64,000 nt of DNA, taken from the IMG/VR virus record IMGVR_UViG_3300027754_005988, positions 32,001 to 96,000 of that record; one strand, 5' to 3'. The notes beneath the pieces are model-generated. The model ran no database searches. It was not told the DNA's origin and worked only from the letters and a program-made list of their open reading frames with translations. This stretch comes from a virus. The position numbers and the translations under genes are program-made. Position 1 is the stretch's first letter, and every line of letters starts with the position of its first letter. This document shows, piece by piece, positions 57,510 through 64,000 of this stretch.

Positions 57510-58936
57510 TGAGATACCAAGAGAGAATATATATACAAAATGAAAATGGTGGTGTTAGGAATAGAGATATTTTAAATGTTAACATGAGTTCAGATATTTG
57601 TGTTTTTGAAAATCCATTATATAATCTTAGTGGTGCCTCAAAACTTGATTGTACTGGCTATACTGGTACAACATATGTTATTTCTACAGCTACCACAATA
57701 CCATTAACATTCCAATTTACTGCAAATACAAATTCATTCTCAGCTAATTCAGCATCATTTAGTTACGAAATATATAAATATGATACAGATGCTGGTGCTT
57801 TTTTCATTCCACCTGTTTATACTTCAGGCGTTATAGAGTATTCAGGATTTAGCGCTACTAGTAGCATTTATCAAGCAATACCTGTCAGTGGTCTATCAAT
57901 GGATGGTGAGTATCTTGTTAAAGGATATTTTGATTATACTGTATGTACTGAATACATGAGTAGATTAGGTAAGAAAATAGATACATTACTTTATAGAACT
58001 GGTACTGAATATGGGTTATATGATGGTAATGAAGATTATTTCTTTAGAGCAATAACAGAAGCAGCAGAACCAATATTTCAACCAATTGCAGGTAATGTAA
58101 TTACAGCAGCAGGGTTAAAACAAGTGGTTATATTACCAGAAGAAGGTATTACTGATGTAGTTATACCAACAACTATAATTGGTGCTATGGTATTAACACT
58201 TAACGGTTTAATATTAGCTGACGGTTATGATTATTCAGTTTCTGGAGGTGTTATTACATTATCATCGTCAACAATTTATGATGATATAATAACTATAATA
58301 TGTAATACAGAAGGTTCTAGTAGGACTATAGTAAGTGAAAATATAATAATATCTTCAGCAATTTCTAGCGGTACAACAGGTAATGAAGGAAGTAACATGG
58401 CTTACTTTAATACAACAACTGGTAAGTATGAAATATATACACAAGTAACGCCAAGCCAAAATGATGATGTATTGGTAATGCTTAATGGTGCGACATTAGC
58501 AATTAATGTTGATTATTATCCATCAATAACTAACCCAAAAAGAATGATACTTGAAGGTGATTTGCAAATTGGTGATATTTTAACTTTAATTTATTATGCT
58601 AAAACAAATATTGTTGGTGGTATATATGTAAATTATCCAACAGTAGGTTGGGGAGTAACACCAATACCAGAACTTGCAAATGGTGTGTTTTCATTGGAAG
58701 TGAGTACTGGTAACACATTTACTAGTTTTTATTACACTGGTACAACACCATATGTAGCTGGTCAGGATTTTTACACTGATGGTTTTACAGCTTCTGGAAC
58801 AATAGGTACTACTTTATATTATAGAGTTAAAAACACTAAAAATTACGAAACAATTTGTGGTGATATTGTTACTAGCACTGCGTATAGTGAAATAATACCT
58901 ATTGTTATTCAAAGTAATGCGATAAATTCGTATTAA
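57509..58936 (+). CDS. Putative tail fibre/baseplate protein
   Basis: Two internal repeats LTLNGLILADGYDY / VMLNGATLAINVDY; Thr/Ser/Gly-rich. Confidence 0.6.
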   Translation: MRYQERIYIQNENGGVRNRDILNVNMSSDICVFENPLYNLSGASKLDCTGYTGTTYVISTATTIPLTFQFTANTNSFSANSASFSYEIYKYDTDAGAFFIPPVYTSGVIEYSGFSATSSIYQAIPVSGLSMDGEYLVKGYFDYTVCTEYMSRLGKKIDTLLYRTGTEYGLYDGNEDYFFRAITEAAEPIFQPIAGNVITAAGLKQVVILPEEGITDVVIPTTIIGAMVLTLNGLILADGYDYSVSGGVITLSSSTIYDDIITIICNTEGSSRTIVSENIIISSAISSGTTGNEGSNMAYFNTTTGKYEIYTQVTPSQNDDVLVMLNGATLAINVDYYPSITNPKRMILEGDLQIGDILTLIYYAKTNIVGGIYVNYPTVGWGVTPIPELANGVFSLEVSTGNTFTSFYYTGTTPYVAGQDFYTDGFTASGTIGTTLYYRVKNTKNYETICGDIVTSTAYSEIIPIVIQSNAINSY

Positions 58937-58953
58937 TATTATTTACTATTGTA

Positions 58954-58989
58954 TATTTATAACTAAAATAAAAGAAAAACATATTTATA
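58954..58989 (+). promoter_or_regulatory. Two TATTTATA motifs (58954-58961, 58982-58989)
   Basis: Intergenic, before ATG 58994. Confidence 0.55.
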
Positions 58990-58993
58990 ACAT

Positions 58994-61141
58994 ATGAGCT
59001 ATATAATTAAAAACACAAACCCATTCGTTAGCATAAAATTAACAGAAAAAGGGAGAGAACAATTGGCACAAGGTAAACTAACCTTTTCTTATTGGGGCAT
59101 TGGTGATTCTGAACTTAATTACGACAGAGAAGCTATTGTTGATGCTGCAATATTGGCTAATGACACTACATTGAACGAAACAAGTAGGATAATGAGACCA
59201 TTTGACAGACAACCAAACTTTAAGTCTTATATCACACCAGATGGTGCAACAACTCCTTATCAAGACCTTACAGCTGGAAATATAAATGTAATAAAAGCTG
59301 TTGTTAATAATGCTGCAACTGAAAGAGGATTTTTTAGTGTATCTGGTAGTGTTTTTACAACACTTACAGGTCAAACTTATATATCATATAATAATATAAT
59401 AAGCAATACAAATTTCACTGGTGGAACGAAATTAAATATTAGTGGTACATCATGGGTGTCGGTTGGTGATTTAATATTAATTAAATTAACAAACAATACT
59501 ACTGGAAATATCATACAAAATGAAAATACTAGACCATTACCAAATTTGTGGTATAAAATCCAATCAATTGTTGATAGTAATAATGTAACGGTTGATAGGG
59601 ATTTACCTAATTTAGTAAGTAATACTGCAACATCACAAATATTTGTTTATAGAGGTGGTGAAGTATATGATACAATAGCTACTGGAAATACAACAGCATA
59701 TTGGGATACTGGAACTTTATCTTTTGATTCAGCATGTAATGTTTCTTGTTTTGATGTTCCAGTTTGGAATATGAATAATGTTTGGTGTGAAGATTTAGCT
59801 GGTGTAACTGGTTTAACAACAACAAAGCTTTATGAAAACTTTACAAAATATGGTTCATATACTTATTTAGGCGCTAAAAACCCTTATTTTGAATATCTTT
59901 GTCAGAGCACAGCAACAACAATATCTTTTAGTTGTAATGGTCCTGGATTAAGTTATCCAGATGATATTAGTAAATCAATATCTATTATACATTATACCAA
60001 TAATACTATATCAAATCTATATGGTGATTTCTTTTATGTTGATGCAACAAACAATAAAATTGTTTCATTAGATATACCAGACCTTATGTACCATAGAAGA
60101 GATTTTGGTACAGGAAGTGGTACAACTATGGGTATGAGATTCATAGCTAGTGGGGCAACAAAATATGTTGGTGTTAGTGATGTAGAGTACATTGATTTGA
60201 TTGAAGACTCAACATATATTTCAAGTAGTTTAACTCCGTTAACTATAGGTAGAGTTTATCCACAGTTAAAAACAATTGTAATACATGATGATGAAATTGT
60301 TGCTGCAATATCTTACAAATCAAATAGAAACTGGACACTTCCAGAACTATCTGCTAATCTTGCATCACCTAGTGGTGGAACATCAACTGGTGTTTTACCA
60401 GTAAATAATACAATATATTTAACTTATAGTTTACAAAATTCAGGCGCAACTGGTTTAACAACTAGTTTACCTTGTCAAAATTATGTGAAACTAACCAACG
60501 AAACAAATTCAGCTAAAGATGTTGCATTTAAAATAAATGAAACTGATTTATTACCTTATATGCGTAAGTCTGAATCTGCTTTATACGATGGATATGGTTT
60601 TTATGCTAATAGGTTTAAATTATTATATCAGATAGTTCAAGACCCAAGTGCTAGACCAGATGCTGGTTCATGGAAAGAATATGATTTCACATCTACAGTT
60701 ATTTCTAGTGTTGCTGGCCAAACAATCAACCCTAAATTACTAGAAATACAAACACCAACAACAACTGGATTTATATTAGATTTGATAAAAGATTCATCAG
60801 CTGTAACATTTAATCTTATTAATATATTAAATATGCCAGCAAATACAGCGCCAACAACATTACAGTTTGGTGATGAAAGATTCTTCTATGGTAATTTTAA
60901 CACATATATTGGTTCTACAATTTACAAAACAATATTTAACTTAAATGTTAATGCGGCAACATTTAATGCAACAACAAACCCAACTAGAAGTAAAGATTCT
61001 GCTACCAACCCACCAAACATTAAAATTAGTGAAGTTGGTATTTATGATTCAGATAAAAACCTAGTATGTATTGGTAAAGTTAGCACACCGATAACACTCG
61101 CATCAAACACAATAACAATAGAACTTAGTATGGATTTTTAA
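58994..61141 (+). CDS. Tail fibre attachment/collar-like protein (P2 gpH N-terminal / DUF3751-like), paralogue 1
   Basis: KLTEKGREQLAQG...GIGDSE at the N-terminus; ISEVGIYDSDKNLVCIGK at the C-terminus. Confidence 0.6.
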   Translation: MSYIIKNTNPFVSIKLTEKGREQLAQGKLTFSYWGIGDSELNYDREAIVDAAILANDTTLNETSRIMRPFDRQPNFKSYITPDGATTPYQDLTAGNINVIKAVVNNAATERGFFSVSGSVFTTLTGQTYISYNNIISNTNFTGGTKLNISGTSWVSVGDLILIKLTNNTTGNIIQNENTRPLPNLWYKIQSIVDSNNVTVDRDLPNLVSNTATSQIFVYRGGEVYDTIATGNTTAYWDTGTLSFDSACNVSCFDVPVWNMNNVWCEDLAGVTGLTTTKLYENFTKYGSYTYLGAKNPYFEYLCQSTATTISFSCNGPGLSYPDDISKSISIIHYTNNTISNLYGDFFYVDATNNKIVSLDIPDLMYHRRDFGTGSGTTMGMRFIASGATKYVGVSDVEYIDLIEDSTYISSSLTPLTIGRVYPQLKTIVIHDDEIVAAISYKSNRNWTLPELSANLASPSGGTSTGVLPVNNTIYLTYSLQNSGATGLTTSLPCQNYVKLTNETNSAKDVAFKINETDLLPYMRKSESALYDGYGFYANRFKLLYQIVQDPSARPDAGSWKEYDFTSTVISSVAGQTINPKLLEIQTPTTTGFILDLIKDSSAVTFNLINILNMPANTAPTTLQFGDERFFYGNFNTYIGSTIYKTIFNLNVNAATFNATTNPTRSKDSATNPPNIKISEVGIYDSDKNLVCIGKVSTPITLASNTITIELSMDF

Positions 61142-61143
61142 TC

Positions 61144-62364
61144 ATGGGATTTAATAGCACAGCTTCAACAATATCATTAACTGCAAAGTTAACACCAATA
61201 GGTAGACAATTACTAGTATCAAGTAATAACGCACTAATAACTAGTTTTAGTTTAGGTGATTCTGATGCTAATTATGATGTAACACCAACATTATCAACTG
61301 GGCAAGTGCCATCAGAAAGTGGTAGTGTAGGTCCTAACTCAACTGTTGGTAATGGGACAAGTCCAAATACAAATTTTAAAAGTGTATTGATAGTTACTAG
61401 CAATGGAATACTAACAAAACAAGTTGAATCACAATCAAGACAAATTATTGTTGAAACAGTTAGCAATGGTGTTACAACAGTTTCTGGTACTAGTTTAACA
61501 AGAAACTTAATAAATAGAAATAATTACACAACTGATTCATTAGTTAATTTATTTTATTCATTTGGTTTGTCATTAAACACTTTAACCGATGCTAACTATA
61601 CTGGAGTTACTTATGCGAATGGTGGTTATTCAGACACTGCTTTATCTGCTATAGCTAAATCAAATATATTTGTTATTGGTATTGATAACTCAAAATATGG
61701 TGAATCAATTGATGGTAAAACAATAAAACTAACATTACCAACAACTGGTGGTACATATGATATTTATAGCACATTCCAAAACAAAGGAGAATCAACGCAA
61801 ATTGAAGATGCAAATATTAATGATACATCAACAATAACTGAGTTTATCGGAAATGATATTGCATTCTTATTTTCAGATGGTATAAAAAGACCAAATGGTG
61901 GTGACGCATCACTTAGTTGGTCAACTGGTTATAATTTAGATAAACCATTCTCAATAAACGGAAAAGAACTATATAACTTACAAACAAATAGTAACGTTTC
62001 ACAAAGTGCTGATACTATAGTTGGTATTGCTTATTTAGCTAAAGGGTTCTTAGTTATAACAGACCCTACAATACTAGCAAATATTGGCCTTAGCTCAACA
62101 CTAACAACTGGTAGTACAACAGGTGCAACAGTAACATTTAATAACGTATCAACGTCAGTATATCAAAGTATTACATGTATTGCCGCTAGAGGTGAGTTTG
62201 GTGGTTCAACCAATCCATCATTTACTGGTAGTGATATACCTAGAATTACCGAAGTTGGATTATATGATACAAATGGTAATTTAATTGCAATGGCTAAAAC
62301 TGATAGACAGATTAGTAAAAATGTTAATGAATTCTTAGCATTATCAATAAAAATTACACTATAG
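61144..62364 (+). CDS. Tail fibre attachment/collar-like protein, paralogue 2
   Basis: KLTPIGRQLL...SLGDSDANY; ITEVGLYDTNGNLIAMAK. Confidence 0.6.
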   Translation: MGFNSTASTISLTAKLTPIGRQLLVSSNNALITSFSLGDSDANYDVTPTLSTGQVPSESGSVGPNSTVGNGTSPNTNFKSVLIVTSNGILTKQVESQSRQIIVETVSNGVTTVSGTSLTRNLINRNNYTTDSLVNLFYSFGLSLNTLTDANYTGVTYANGGYSDTALSAIAKSNIFVIGIDNSKYGESIDGKTIKLTLPTTGGTYDIYSTFQNKGESTQIEDANINDTSTITEFIGNDIAFLFSDGIKRPNGGDASLSWSTGYNLDKPFSINGKELYNLQTNSNVSQSADTIVGIAYLAKGFLVITDPTILANIGLSSTLTTGSTTGATVTFNNVSTSVYQSITCIAARGEFGGSTNPSFTGSDIPRITEVGLYDTNGNLIAMAKTDRQISKNVNEFLALSIKITL

Positions 62365-62412
62365 GCTTTATTTTTGTAAAAAGTTATTTAGATTAATAAA
62401 AAAATAATTTTT

Positions 62413-63063
62413 ATGTCAAAAGAACCAGAGTTTCTATTAGCGTTAGATGTATCAACTAGTACCATAGGTATAGCGTTATTTCAAGATATGGGAGAACATG
62501 GTGAACTAAAATTGCTTCACCATGTTAGTCCAAAAGTAAAACCACAACCAAGTAGTAAAATGGAAGAATTATTCCGTAAGGTTGAGATTTTTGAAAAAGA
62601 ATTTTTAGTAAATTATAGTGATTTTGGAATTACTAGAGTTGTTATTGAAGAACCCTTATTACAATCAAACAACGTATATACTATTGCAACATTATTACGA
62701 TTTAACGGTATGATATCTAAATCGGTATATGACACACTAGGAGTCGTTCCAGAGTTCATTTCATCATATGATGCTCGTAAGTATGCTTTCCCAGAATTAA
62801 TGGCTGTAAGACGCTTTAAAAAGGATGGGACACCATTAACTGAAAAAGCTATAGAAAAAAATACACCTGTATTATTCGGTGATTACCCTTTCGATATAGA
62901 TAAGAAAATGGTAATTTTTGAAAAAGTTTGTGATTTAGAACCACAAGTAGTTTGGTTTTATGATAAAAAATACAAACTAAAAAAAGAAACCTTTGATACT
63001 TCAGATGCATATGCGTGTGGTATTGGTTATATGAATAAAATAGGTGTTTGGCAAATTAAATAA
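62413..63063 (+). CDS. RuvC-like Holliday junction resolvase
   Basis: LLALDVSTSTIGIA, VVIEEP, D.SDAYACG acidic catalytic pattern. Confidence 0.8.
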   Translation: MSKEPEFLLALDVSTSTIGIALFQDMGEHGELKLLHHVSPKVKPQPSSKMEELFRKVEIFEKEFLVNYSDFGITRVVIEEPLLQSNNVYTIATLLRFNGMISKSVYDTLGVVPEFISSYDARKYAFPELMAVRRFKKDGTPLTEKAIEKNTPVLFGDYPFDIDKKMVIFEKVCDLEPQVVWFYDKKYKLKKETFDTSDAYACGIGYMNKIGVWQIK

Positions 63064-63071
63064 CCAAAAAT

Positions 63072-63102
63072 TTGTAAAATAGGAATTGGTTTAGTATATT
63101 TG
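63072..63102 (+). promoter_or_regulatory. Bacteroidota sigma promoter (TTG-N20-TATATTTG) of primase
   Basis: Exact consensus; ATG follows 4 nt later. Confidence 0.7.
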
Positions 63103-63106
63103 TGCC

Positions 63107-64000
63107 ATGTCACATTTATTAGTTAATATACTAGAATCGTTTTTAGGTGAACACCGCAAGTTGAATGAAGATACTGGACAAGTAGCATTCGATTGTCCTG
63201 CGTGTTCAGATGAGAAAGGATTGTCTGAAGGTGACGGTAAAGGTAATCTAGAAATAAACTACGATAAAAACATTTTTAAATGCTGGGTTTGCTGTGATAC
63301 CAATTACATGCATGGCCCAGTTACCAAATTAATCAAAAAATATGGTTCTAATAAAAATCTACGTGATTATTTATTGGTTAAACCAGATGCTAACGAATTT
63401 TCTAAAAAAGAACATGCTGAAATAATAGTTGAATTACCAGAAGGTTATAAAAAACTTTCTAATTGTACTTCTAAAGATTTCAAGTATGATTTGGCCATGA
63501 ACTATCTAAGAAAACGTGGCATTACTGATGAAATAATAAAATATTATGATATAGGTTATACAATTAAAGGACCTTTTTTTAATAGAATAATAATACCATC
63601 ATATGATAGTGATGGGAAGTTAAATTATTTTATTGCTAGATGGTTTGCTAATGAATATACAAAACTTAAATACGTAAATCCAATTGCTGAAAAGCAAGAA
63701 ATAGTCTTCAACGAATCAAAGATAAATTGGGATGCTACAATATATCTAGTAGAAGGTGTAACTGACCATATTGTTACACCAAACTCAATACCACTATTAG
63801 GTAAATTCATATCCCCAATGCTATTAGAAATGCTTCACGATAAAGCAGCTGCTAATGTAGTAGTTGTTTTAGATGATGATGCAACAAAAGATGCTATTAA
63901 TTTATATAAACAACTTAATTTTAGTGATTTATATAATAGAATAAGAATATGCATACCACCAAAAGATTATGACCCATCAAAGTTATTTGAAGAGTATGGT
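63107..64000 (+). CDS. DNA primase (Zn-finger + TOPRIM), truncated at window end; not in ORF track
   Basis: MSHLLVNILESFLGEH...FDCPAC...FKCWVC; YLRKRGI, RIIIPS, YLVEGVTD, VVLDDDA. Confidence 0.92.
   Translation, partial: MSHLLVNILESFLGEHRKLNEDTGQVAFDCPACSDEKGLSEGDGKGNLEINYDKNIFKCWVCCDTNYMHGPVTKLIKKYGSNKNLRDYLLVKPDANEFSKKEHAEIIVELPEGYKKLSNCTSKDFKYDLAMNYLRKRGITDEIIKYYDIGYTIKGPFFNRIIIPSYDSDGKLNYFIARWFANEYTKLKYVNPIAEKQEIVFNESKINWDATIYLVEGVTDHIVTPNSIPLLGKFISPMLLEMLHDKAAANVVVVLDDDATKDAINLYKQLNFSDLYNRIRICIPPKDYDPSKLFEEYG

Noticed and set aside
4428-63810. Numerous 60-100-aa antisense or off-frame ORFs nested in long genes (e.g. 4428, 7735, 9384, 13937, 28050, 31328, 42071, 59078, 63625)
   Set aside because: They lie wholly or largely within well-supported genes, have no motif, and are expected by chance in AT-rich coding DNA.
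1-64000. CRISPR arrays, tRNA/rRNA genes, diversity-generating retroelement
   Set aside because: No repeat-spacer array, cloverleaf, reverse transcriptase or TR/VR pair was seen by eye. A tRNAscan/Infernal run would be needed to exclude small RNAs fully.
1-64000. Stop-codon reassignment, as in some large phages
   Set aside because: Genes are intact in code 11, and TAA, TAG (e.g. 9620, 30464, 42060) and TGA (26135) all end genes at sensible boundaries.

Overview
A 64-kb segment of a large, very AT-rich T4-like myophage genome. The host is most likely Bacteroidota (Flavobacteria-like), based on four exact TTG-N19/20-TAnnTTTG promoters, A-rich leaders without Shine-Dalgarno sequences, and SprB-like repeats. 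Almost all genes lie on the + strand. Order: three tandem glycine-rich virion paralogues; tail sheath; tail tube; tail-assembly chaperone pair; tape measure; baseplate hub/LysM-like/hub-lysozyme genes; a replication block (gp32-like SSB, RecA/UvsX, 5'-3' exonuclease, DnaB-like helicase, NrdB, intein-containing NrdA); gp25- and gp6-like wedge genes; a long run of baseplate/fibre genes; a RuvC-like resolvase; and a truncated primase. The three minus-strand genes are two nuclease-GNAT(Mom-like) fusions and a 50-aa ribbon-helix-helix-like ORF that is missing from the ORF track. The most notable observations are: (1) a probable +1/-2 programmed frameshift on a T7 run fusing gp26-like and gp51-like chaperones, resembling lambda G/GT; (2) the hidden RHH-like gene with AGTATG operator-like repeats, divergent from the sheath gene; (3) two mobile nuclease-Mom-like fusions with swapped DNA-binding arrays; (4) a phage TATTTAT(A) promoter motif, the reverse complement of the T4 late promoter; (5) host-envelope-type domains (OmpA-like, SprB-like) in putative virion proteins. 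All family assignments come from motif recognition by eye, not from database searches.
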